Origin: Utricularia gibba
Lineage: Eukaryota > Plantae > Magnoliophyta
DNA: 64,000 nt
Reading direction: 5' to 3'
Assembly: GCA_002189035.1 (NCBI GenBank)
Contig: NEEC01000015.1
Span: 1,364,001 to 1,428,000, forward strand
Shown: positions 53,338 to 64,000 of the stretch, in pieces
How the letters are laid out: each line of letters starts with the position of its first letter
Numbering within the stretch: position 1 is the stretch's first letter
Made by a program: the position numbers and the translations under genes
Notes under the pieces: model-generated
Databases searched by the model: none
What the model was told of the DNA's origin: nothing
What the model saw: the letters and a program-made list of their open reading frames with translations, nothing else

Positions 53338-55239
53338 CGAGCCCCTTGTCTGTATCCTTTCAAACGGGACATGAACTGATGTGTGTTTGAATGCGTGAAT
53401 ATTATTTATAATATGGTGTTTAATTTAAATTTGATTAAAATAATGTGTGTATGTTAGTTCTTAATGTGCAATGATTCGGTGTTTGCAGTTGAAGAAGACC
53501 TGTGCGGCAGATCTCCGGCCAGTGAAAGTGATGACTCGGACACATGATGGGTTTATTTATTTCCCATATTTATTGGCTTTCTCTCAGGGAATCTCCTTCT
53601 GGAAATTGTTTTTCTTGCTTTCGGGGAGTGAAACTTGAAAAAAGGCTTCCTCCACCCAATTTTTCTTTCCCAAAAATGTTGTTTTGTAAAAATGTATCAC
53701 AAAAACAACACATGGATTTGTTCACATGCACCGGTGGTGGCTCTGAAAAAGCTGGCAGCGCCCCGCACCGGCACCGGTTTTTTGTTTTCTTACCGGTGGC
53801 CGGGAATAGCCAGTTTCAGGGCTGCTGGTGCCGGATGATAGGGTTTAGTAACATATATGCAATCTTTTTTCATATACTAAGTTAAAAAATTTGCATTATG
53901 TAATCTGATAATCCTGTTTAGAATCAATCACCCTTTTTCAGTATTCTGATAATATAAAGAAAAGGGGGGGGATGGATTTGGAGCTGGAACCTCTCCCTCC
54001 CAAGTCTGGTCTGCGTCTGTAGGCATTGGGTTGTCCCCCCCTCAAAGTAAAGAAAATAAGTAGCTGGGGTAAATAAGTAACTGGGAATGTGACATCTCAA
54101 TGAATGCATCCATTGAATGACTGTAAAAAAAGAAAAAGGAAAATTGAAATATGGCCATCATCGCAAGTTTCACTTGTCCTTTTCTTCATCCTTTTAACCT
54201 CTTGACATGCAAACAACACACAGATTTACTGATTTGGGTTGATAGTTACCACTCGAAGTTGGGTCTCGAGCACCCAACATTTATCGCCACATTTGATCTG
54301 CTTTCCCCCCTCTACACACACAAGATGTTTCTTCACCATATGCGCCCTCGATTGCTTCTCTGCTCCCAATCCCATCCACCAACCAGACACTCAATCATTC
54401 CCCTCTGTTGGGCTGCTGCTTTCCCGGCTTCTAATCACTTCACCCCATTTAACCAGAAACTGGCTGGGACGGGACACACATCTGGGGTCCTTTGGAAAAC
54501 AAACACCTCCTAAAGCTATTGCTATTTTTAACCGCGAAGTCAACCTTCGGATGGTATGGAATACAAAAAATGAGAGCAAAGACATTACCACTAATTAAGT
54601 AAAACGAGATGGGGCGTTGACTTTTGGGATGGATTCCATTATTCCTGCGATTTGAACAGTAAAAAGGAGTTCACACCGTTGACTTTCGTGATGGAAAAAA
54701 AACTGTATTTTATATTAGTTATGAATGTAAGAAAAAAAAAAGAGTTATCTTTTCTAATGTTACATGAGTTTCTTTTTTCGAAAGAAAAAAACATAAAAAT
54801 GTGAAAATTGAATATGTACACTGTAGTGAAGGGTATAATAATTTGTACCAAGTGGGAGTGCAAGTGTTCGAGGATGGGTGCAATGAATTTGCAGAAGAAA
54901 TAATCATGAATAATTGCCGTACAAGCATTTTTTATCTAAAAAAAAAAAGAATGAAAACCCCCCGAAAACTGAAGAAGACTCCACGCTATTAAATTAGAGA
55001 AAGGAACATAAATAAATAAAAAAACACTGAATTAATTTCCAAAAGCACCATAAAACAGTATTTTAAAATTCGAATCCGACATTATCCCATTCATTTTAAA
55101 TTTATAATTTTTTAAAATTATAAAATTGAAACTTTTCATTTTTCGGCTATTGAACCAACACTATAAATACACAGAAAGTAGTTTTGAAATAGTGTGATCC
55201 AGCCCCAGCATGCTACTGTTCCGAAAATAATAATGAAGA

Positions 55240-55615
55240 GCTCGGGGATGGCAATAAATATGAACTGGCGAGACTACGAAGTGTCGGGAGCATGGAACAT
55301 GGGCGTGCCAATATTTTATGGGTCTGGTGTTGGAGCAAGCAAGCAAGCCTATGAAGAAGCAATGCGAGCAGGGAGACAAAGATTTGGATCCATAGGGATC
55401 TGCCCCAGCGCAATGAGTACCGACAGCGCACATCGGACCCTGCTGCCTCCGAGGAATTCAATCTCATCTTACCAGCAGCTTGAAAGAGCACGCAGACAGA
55501 GCAGGAATGAGCGACATGCGGTAAGAATCTGCTGCATGTCGCGCTGAACTTGATCGAGGTTTATCACCAGGCGCCATTACCAGCGGCTGCATGGCAGGGG
55601 CAGTGAATCCGTTAC
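55240..55615 (-). pseudogene. Possible highly decayed oligopeptide transporter (OPT) C-terminal relic
   Basis: Across shifting frames: GSDVRCRYSLRWG resembles OPT GDEVFYNASIIWG; LSPCSHCFFIGLL(A)PTP resembles IYPGMNWFFLIGLLAPVP. GC-rich island; weak similarity. Confidence 0.35.
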
Positions 55616-57490
55616 CAGTCTCCACTGCCCATCGGTCGGATCGTTGTCCAGGCTCCTGTATGAATCACTGTTTGGTAAAACCCTCAGTCTTTACGGTCCG
55701 AACTGAGGATTGAGAACTTTTAGAAATATTTTATTTCAAAAAAGACGAAAGAAATTTTTTTAAAATATTGATTAAGACCACAAATCATTTATATTAAAAA
55801 ATGAAATATAATTTTCTAATTATAAGGATATTGACGAGAAGCTCTCACTACTACTGTGTATTTGAACAAGTGTATGTGTTCATCTCATTGCGGGTTCGTT
55901 CTCACATTTTTTTTTAAATTTTATTTCCTTAACTGGGCCAAGGTCATCACTGCGGCCCAGTCTAGATCCTGCTTATGCGTTTGGCCCAATGCAAGATGGG
56001 TATCATACATAGTTATGCTCCCGGAATACTGTATGATTGAGAAATCCGATCATATTATGATATGTGTATGAAAAAATTGACTATTCTTAATATATATATT
56101 TTTATCTTAATATAAGAAAAAAAAAGGAGAGAGAGGTTTCCATGGTCTTTATTCTTGTAATAACCTGTTTTGAAGATGTTATCAATTATTGACTTCTTAT
56201 ATGATATTATTTGTTTTAATACATATGAATATATGAATAATTGGTAACTCCTATTTCACGGTTTTACTTTTTTTCATATCTAGAAACTTCTCATATGGGT
56301 CATTCTCTATGAAAACTCTAATTTGAATATGCTTAGTTTTGAAATTATAATGAGATTGACAAGAAAAATCTTGTATAATGCTAATGTGATCATCATATTT
56401 CTTTACATCTGTTTTGAAGACATGGATTTGGAGGGATTTGAAAATCTTAGCTATCTTTTTTTTTTTTTTTAATTTAGATAAGATTACGGTTCAGTTTGGA
56501 TTGAACCAACCGGCCCAACTGGTTCAACCGGAACCGACAAAAATTCTGTTTAGTTTGGGATTCCGGCTTGAAAACTTGAGCTCTCACAGTAACGGACATG
56601 GCCTAACGTATTTCATCTCTCTCTCCCTCTCTCAAAAAGCCATTTTAGCCTTTCCTTTTTCTCCCTTGCTTGCCTTTTTCGTATAATTCTCTCCACAAAT
56701 TTTTTTGAGATTGGAAAAAGTTCTACTATCTGCTTGTCGCTTTACTGATGTTTCTACTGCTTTTCTGTTTTTTTCCGCATTGTTGAAAATTGCAACCCTA
56801 ACCTTGCCTTCTGGATTACTTGGTGAGCTTTTCTTCAATGCTACTGCCGTTGGATTTGGGGTTTCGTTTTTTCCATTGTGAGTTTTGTGTGGGATTCCAT
56901 GGATCTTTTAGTTTCTGAGAGAGGACTGTGGATAATTGGCCAAGATCTGTACTTTTTCTAGGACTCATTGTTTATTTCTAGTAGTTGGTTTGCTGAATTT
57001 GTGCTTTAGAGTGTTACTTTCAGTTAGATTTTCTGTGATTCATAGTGGGTTGCTGCAGGAGTGGGATTTTAATATGAGTACTGGTTGATTTTTGTTCTTC
57101 TTCTGTATTCATGTGTATCTGCATATGGAAAAAAAAATTGCTTTTCTATGGATTTTGAGTTTTAGTTGTTTTAGTGATTTGCATTGACACTTTAGATATG
57201 CCCTTTTGCTGCTTGCATCTTTTCTATGCGCTTGAATTTTGCAATATTAGACAGTGTTTTTGTGAAAAGGTTCATCTGTAGCTCCCTGTTTTTCCTTATG
57301 CCTTTTTGGCCCATGCAATTGGCCACTTTGCTGCGTTATCGTGAGGATTGAAATGGTTCTCTTGTGGGCATGCTTAGATAAAATTCACCAGCGTGATCAA
57401 TTCGCCTTGTTAAAATCTGTAATGGTTCAGGGGAGCAAATGACGTGGAAGATGTAGAAGCAAAACATTGACCCTTTGAGAGAAGATTGTC

Positions 57491-59190
57491 ATGGATACCA
57501 AAATTGATAGCTTTGAGAAACTGAGATTAGAATCTCCAGCAGAAAAGATACCCTTTCCAAAGCAAGATGTAATTTCTTGCGATTCAAATCATTCAAAACC
57601 TGCTCCAACATTAGGAGTTGCAGTTGCTCAGGATATGACATCATCAGAAAAAAATAATGTGAAAGATGATTCTGCGGCATTGGATAATGGAGCAAAAGGC
57701 ATTGCAAAGAAAGGCACCAGTGTCAAGGATGGTGACCGTGTGGATTATGCAGAGAGTGGGAAGAGCAGTGTGTGTAGGGGCAGTACAAGTACTGATATTA
57801 GTGATGAGAGTACATGTAGCAGCCTGACTAGCAGTGCTAACAAACCCCACAAGTCAAACGACATTAGATGGGAAGCAATCCAGGCCGTTCGCTCCAAGGA
57901 TGGAGCTTTAGATCTGAGGCACTTTAGACTCTTGAAGAAATTGGGTTCTGGGGACATTGGCAGTGTTTACCTGTCAGAATTATGTGGTACCAAGTGCCGT
58001 TTTGCCATGAAGGTTATGGATAAAGCTTCGCTTGAAAGTCGAAAGAAACTTTTGCGTGCTCAGGTGGAAAGGGAAATATTGCAATCTCTAGATCATCCTT
58101 TTCTGCCAACTTTGTACTCCCATTTTGAAACTGAAAAATTTTCTTGCTTGGTTATGGAGTTCTGCCCTGGAGGCGACCTGCATACACTTAGGCAAAGGCA
58201 ACCAGGAAAACATTTCCCTGAGCAAGCAGTGAGGTATGTCACTCAATGCTCTCTTTCTTTATTCTTAGCTTTCTCTATTTGTCGTGTACCTTGCAAGTCA
58301 TGGTTTAAGATTTGTATGTAATGCAGGTTTTACGTTGCGGAGGTTCTTCTTGCTATAGAGTACCTTCACATGCTCGGCATTGTCTACCGTGACCTCAAGC
58401 CAGAGAATGTTCTGGTAAGGGAGGATGGGCACATTATGCTATCGGATTTTGATCTTTCACTCCGCTGTGATGTGAGTCCAACTCTGATCAAGTCCGCCTC
58501 CTTGGAAAGTGACTCAGCAAAGAAAAATAGTACCAAGTACTGTGTCCAGCCAACCTGGTCTGAGCCGTCTTGCATCCAACCATCTTGTGTTATCTCCACA
58601 TCATGCTTTGGACCTCAGCTCTTCTCAGGAAAATCAAAGAAACAGGCCAAGCCCAAGAATGAGATTGGCAGCCAAGTCAGTCCACTGCCGGAGCTCATCG
58701 CCGAGCCAACGGATGCCCGCTCCATGTCCTTCGTTGGTACACATGAATACTTGGCTCCCGAGATCATCAAGGGAGAAGGACATGGCAGTGCAGTAGACTG
58801 GTGGACATTTGGTATATTCATGTATGAGCTGCTGTTTGGAAGGACCCCATTCAAAGGATCCGGAAACCGAGCAACACTTTTCAATGTTGTTGGCCAGCCA
58901 CTGCGGTTCCCTGAGTCACCGGTGGTGAGCTTCGCAGCAAGAGATCTGATCAGAGGTTTGCTAGTGAAGGAGCCACAACATAGATTGGCGTATAAACGAG
59001 GTGCAACTGAGATAAAGCAACACCTCTTCTTTGAAGGCGTGAACTGGGCGCTGATCCGTTGTGCGAGCCCCCCGAGGTCCCTAGAGCAGTTGATCTCGAC
59101 AAAGCCATAGCTGCCGCGCCATCTTGTGCCAAAGCTCCTGTACCAGCTGCCAAGAACACTGATAATTATCTGGAATTCGATTTCTTCTAG
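57491..59190 (+). CDS. D6PK: AGCVIII kinase, D6 PROTEIN KINASE-like, 2 exons, with an apparent -1 frameshift near the C-terminus
   Basis: [14 protein letters not shown]; [11 protein letters not shown]; DFD motif with insertion; [14 protein letters not shown]; intron 58234-58326. +1 C at C6 59068-59073 restores SPPEVP...NYLEFDFF* (PIF motif). Confidence 0.95.
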
Positions 59191-59269
59191 TGTTAATTCC
59201 TTGCTATTGCATTCATTGTTGTAAGCCGTGACTCGCACATTCTTAGACTTTTCACTTTGAGAAACATAC

Positions 59270-59456
59270 TATAGAGGTACTTTGTGCTATCTCTGCTGCC
59301 TTCTTTTGATCCTGTTCATGACGTCTTCAAGTTCCCTTCCACTGGTCTTCTTGCAGCCTCAGCCATCTCTGGTTTCTTCAGTGCCTCTTCAGTTGCAGTT
59401 TTCATGTCAGCGATTTCCTTCTGCACAGTCTCTCTAGAACATTTGCTGTTAGTCAT
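59270..59456 (-). pseudogene. WEB/DUF827 family (At5g55860-like) C-terminal coiled-coil relic; intact 46-codon ORF at 59456-59316
   Basis: ETVQKEIADMKTATEEALKKPEMAEAARRPVEG, then after 2 missing nt ELRRRHEQDQKKAAE, matching recalled WEB C-terminus ATQKEIEDMKAATEEALKRAEMAEAAKRAVEGELRRWREREQKKAAE. The rest of the gene is absent. Confidence 0.75.
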
Positions 59457-60336
59457 GTTGAAACATGAGCAATGGAACTGCACAAGAAAGCAGACGTCAG
59501 AAAAACCGTAACTTTTTCTCACAGAAAATCGCTCATAATTCCTGTTGCACTATACAAGAAAGCAAGTCAACACATACAGAGATCAATGACTGAGGCAACT
59601 CGCAAGCCCTAATCATTCCACTCCATTCCATTTTAGATTTCACACAAGAAGCAAGATGGCAAAATCATTATAAGCCAACACCCCAACAAGCAAAATCCCA
59701 CGATCACATTTCAATAACATTCCGAATGCAAGTCAAGCACTTTTCGGTATCTACCGAGCAACCTGCAAAGACTCTGCAAACCCAACAGAAGAATGACACC
59801 GCAATTAATCAACAAGGTACGCTTTTACGATATTGGTTGTGTTGAAAACGAAGGCTACAGTTCACCAACACAGAAACCAAACTCAGAGTCCATGGCGATG
59901 GCCGTCGCTTTCAACAGAGATTTGTCATTACTTTATTCCATCTTGTATTTAATAATATATAAATTAAAGTTTTAAAATATGGTGGGTTTCGTATGCTGAC
60001 TTTTCAGTCGAGAATAGGATTCATTTTCTTATACCCCAAGTCGGTGGACTGGCAGGGGAAATGAATGGATTTTGAAGAACAAGCCCAGTGTTCGTCACCT
60101 TATCATTAGTTCAAAGGAAGAAGAAACATTTTTTCACAAACACGAATATCTGCAATGACTTGTGCAATCCATGCAAAAACTGACCACCAGAGAACAAAAG
60201 TTACATACCAAACAGCACCAAAATCAAACAGACCTTTTGCCCCTTCTTCTGCTGCTGTAGTTTACAAACATGCACTCCAAACATTTGGTATATCCCTCTT
60301 TTATAAATAGCGAATAAGATTTGTCTGCTGTGGACT

Positions 60337-61619
60337 CTAAATGCAGCAAAACCATTTCTTCTGCAAAAGAATGAGGTAGCCAATGAATTTCAAATAGAAG
60401 AAGCACTCGAGCGCAGCAAGAAGTAAGGCAGATTCTCCAGACAGGCAACACATGCTCACTGCGTTTTTTAGCAGTCGGTTTGAACTCATTCTTAGAAAAA
60501 CAAAACCAGCGGATGAAAAGTTGAAGCAAAACATTCCGGTTTCCTCAAAATTTTTGCATATTTTATCCAGAAGATATGGGTTTTTCATCTAAGGATAACA
60601 ATGAATAGTGAATCAATCCTTTCAAACTAAGCTAGGTTTGCGCCCAGTCACTCATCAACCATATAATTCATCCCAAATTCCAAAATTTAAATGTATCCGC
60701 AGACAACAAGCTCATTTCAATAAAGACAGTAGAGATACACTAGCCAGGATGCCATTCCAATCAAAAGCAATTTGTTTTAAGTGAATAACTTACACTCTGA
60801 GGTTTCAAAGGTTCCACTCCGTGGTTTACATCAAGATCCTCACTTGCAGAAGGATCTGGTTTTCCACCCGCCTTCTTCTCATTACGGGCCTTGTTAAATA
60901 TCATAGTAAATCCTTCTGCTGAAGAAGGGTCATTGACATCCCATTCCCCAAACTTTGGCAATGGCTGACCCTTCTCCTGTAAACAGAAGAAGGAAAATGT
61001 GACAAAACTGACTTAAATCATTGTCAAGGTTACAGATGCCACTTAGATAGCCACGAACCCAATTACAGATGCATCAACATCTCACTAGACATTATACACG
61101 CAAGCTCCAACGAAAATGAACAAGAAGCTGCGATAAAATAGAGAGATACACAAGCATTATCCGACAAATAGCTGTTCAGAAGAAGATCTTGAGCTAGCTA
61201 CAAGCTCTCATCCATTACACAGCTAGTTCAGTTGGGTTTCTCATTCCTTGCATAAAACAACTATATCCTACCAAGAAATTCATGGTTCCAATTATGATCA
61301 AGAAATGAAAAACAGGGCGCCTCCCACACAAAACTGAAGTGATTTCAACTCAAAGAATTGAGTCATTCATCAGACTCCTAATTTTTTCCTCCCCTTCTCA
61401 ATAATCGATACCGAATTCTATCACCAACAACCAAAAAGAATTCGGGAGACGGATTGAAGCATCAACAAATTCCCAGTACCCAGAACGCCCGCTCATTCAT
61501 TAACCCAAAACACTAAAAACCGAACAAAAATGAACCGATCGGAAAAACGTAAAGGAAATCATCAATACGGATCAACCAACAAAAAGAGAAAAAAAGTTAA
61601 GCTGATTGCATACCGACAT
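60337..61619 (-). CDS. NOI: NOI/RIN4-family small protein (70 aa, 3 exons)
   Basis: Exons 61619-61614, 60976-60794, 60360-60337: [37 protein letters not shown]...KKWFCCI*. AvrRpt2 cleavage motif PxFGxW; Cys pair for acylation. Confidence 0.92.
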
Positions 61620-62419
61620 ATAAGCGCTTGGTAGGAGAAAAGGGGAAAGTAGGAGCTAGGGAGAGAAAGAGAGTCACGGCAGCGCAGCTCCACACCAGCT
61701 GTGGGTTGTTGCCAGTCGTGAACTTACACCTTTCTTTAAAAGAGAAAAAAAAAAAAACTGCCATATGATTGGTTTATGTTTTGAAATGTGTTATATATAA
61801 TGATTTTATTTTTGAAAATCATATCTGTCATTTTGTTATTCTTATATGTTAAATAATATTCTTCTTTATTTTTTGCAAACAATCATTTCTTTTTTGAATT
61901 TTTTTTTTACGGTCAACTTTAGCTAATGATATAAATATTTTAAAATCGAATTCAATCCATTTTTAATTTAATCATGATTTAAAATTAAATGTTTTTGATA
62001 AAAAATTGAATAATTTATAAGAATATTATGAAAAATAAAAATAATTTTTAAAAATTTTAAAACAATAAATGATAGAAATAGAATAAAGAGAAACAAATCA
62101 AAAAATTCATTTTAAATTTATAACTGACTTTGAAAAACATTTCCATAATGTCTGGATTAATAGAAAAAAAAGAGTTTTTCAATTCCTGGACTTTATGCAG
62201 CATTCTACAATAGAAAGCTCTCAAAATAATTCATATTTTACCATTTTTATCCAAGTTACAAAATACTATTTTCTTTTCAAGTTTGGTCATTAGAAAGGAA
62301 AAGCAAAGCAAAAAAAAGGGGGACTCTTCTTGGTAGTGGATCAGTTTCTACTGCACTATGTACAGCGTTAAGGCATTAGCATTCTTCTTCTTCTTCTTCT
62401 TTTTTTTTTTTACCTGTTG

Positions 62420-63995
62420 TTACCTTTTATGCCTGGTGTGCTGCTTCCTGGCTTTCCTTCTCTTCCATGACACTGCTACATCGAGCATGTTTTCACTAGC
62501 GCTGCTCCGCTTGATGGTGCCATTGCTGGGGGAGAGGCTTTGTGTTCATCAGATGAACCTCCTCCATATTCAACAACATTTGTCACAACTGCGTGAATGA
62601 AAGCATCACTTTTTGGAACCAAAACACATCTTCTTTCGAGGAGCGCTGTCTGCCCAACAGACAGATCCTTGAGTGCCTGGTCTTTAAGCATCTGAACAAG
62701 GGAGTCTTTGTCTTCCTTGACATGTTCTGCTGACATCTGAAGAGAGATTAGTAGGTAACCAGGATATAGTCTGAATCCTCTATACTTGTTTCTTAAAGGC
62801 GAGCTTAAAAAGCAACTGAATTTATTGAGCATCTCAACACATGGTGTAGTGGAAATTATGACTCTCATATGCATATAGTCTGAATCCCTTTGCTTATAGA
62901 CGTCTCATTAACCCCCATAAAGCACAGGAATAAGCCTTGCGAAAGTGTGGCAATGTTTCGTTTCAAACAAAATAAAGCAGCCATTCTTTTGGAAATATTT
63001 CAGAAAAAGATTGAGAATACTACCTCAAAATCTACCGGAATCTTTAGTTCCAGGTATGCACATTTGCAGCCAGGACTGAGATTAAGTTTGAGATAAATTT
63101 CAAAAGGTTTCGTGCTTCTTGAGGACCTCCTGAACATGGAAGCAGTGAACTTCTTGAAAAAAAATACCCATTTGTAAACGCATGGAAAGCTAGCAGAAGG
63201 AATTAAGAATCAACATATTGACTAAAAAAACTGAAAAATTACCGTTTCAGTTGAAATGGCTGGTCATTTAGAAATGCAGACTTCATGTTCAGGCTTTCTG
63301 GAAAGGAAACCTATGAGAAGCATGAGGGAATATTCTAAGAAAGGGAACCCCAGGCGAAGCTTTGTTTTGTAATATCATATATTCACCTCAGCGGAGTTGA
63401 TGAAAGGCAATGGTGCTTGCTTTCCATGCACACTAGCTATAATGAGGGTCCAGTTTACATAGCTTTTATCTGGGTGGTAAGCAAAATAACTATTAAAAAA
63501 CAAAGAGCTATTTCCAGGTTGTAAAAGAAGGGTGTTGACGTTGGCACACTCAAAATTTCAGAGATATTACCTAGACTTGCAGCCTGAGTTACAATAATCT
63601 GGAAAAAGTCAATCCTAACAAAAGGAGGTATACGCATATTTAGTAGGTTCATGACACCCATAATCACCTGCAAAGGCCAATCAAGAACCATTGACTAAAT
63701 AAAGTTAAGTTTACATTGCAGATAATGGCATGACAACAAAAAGCAGAGAGTCATAATTGAACAATAAAGAAGTAAAGGATTTTTATCAAAAGGACATAGA
63801 CCTTCAATGATACATGCTGCCGTTTCAAACCAAACAGAGAGAAGTTATGCATACAAGATAGCATACTGAAAAAAAGGCCGCACACTGAGAAAAATGAAAA
63901 AATCTGTTTTTTTTTCTTTTGTAAAAAAACATTAAGGACACCTTGTCTGCACGTCCATGTATAACCAGACTTGCTTTCTTGTCCTTCGGAGTTTT
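62420..63995 (-). CDS. SRT1: Sirtuin SRT1 (NAD-dependent deacetylase), 3' exons only; the gene continues beyond the window
   Basis: KTPKDKKASLVIHGRADK / VIMGVMNLLNMRIPPFVRIDFFQI / YVNWTLIIASVHGKQAPLPFI / QPFQLKR match recalled AtSRT1. +1 G at G5 62528-62532 gives the basic tail SNGTIKR...WKRRKARKQHTRHKR*. Confidence 0.92.
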
Positions 63996-64000
63996 CTGCC

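Noticed and set aside
7784-62532. Programmed ribosomal frameshifting as the explanation for the six split genes
   Set aside because: The sites are heterogeneous G/C runs without slippery heptamers or shared structure, in families not known to recode.

Overview
Gene-dense eudicot nuclear DNA with short introns (about 70-100 nt) and very AT-rich intergenic spacers. The species cannot be determined. All exon models were built by hand. In order, the window contains: a highly divergent type-B response-regulator-like gene with two internal tandem arrays, LSH/ALOG, an At2g31130-like protein, a Taximin peptide (missed by the ORF track), GLK, RPN1, an EAR-motif ERF, a SOMNUS-clade tandem CCCH gene, two tandem atypical cystatins separated by a MULE-like foldback element, AAC3-like ADP/ATP carrier, WSD acyltransferase, LEA_2/NHL, RGI3/4-like LRR-RLK, D6PK-like kinase, a WEB-family relic, NOI/RIN4 and the 3' half of SRT1. 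Six otherwise intact genes each need exactly one extra base in a G/C homopolymer to restore the frame, which most likely reflects assembly error. The most interesting biological leads are the degenerate ARR-like gene, a 46-codon WEB-derived ORF convergent on D6PK, a possible OPT relic and the cystatin duplication. Family assignments and Arabidopsis locus numbers are recalled from memory; no database searches were run.
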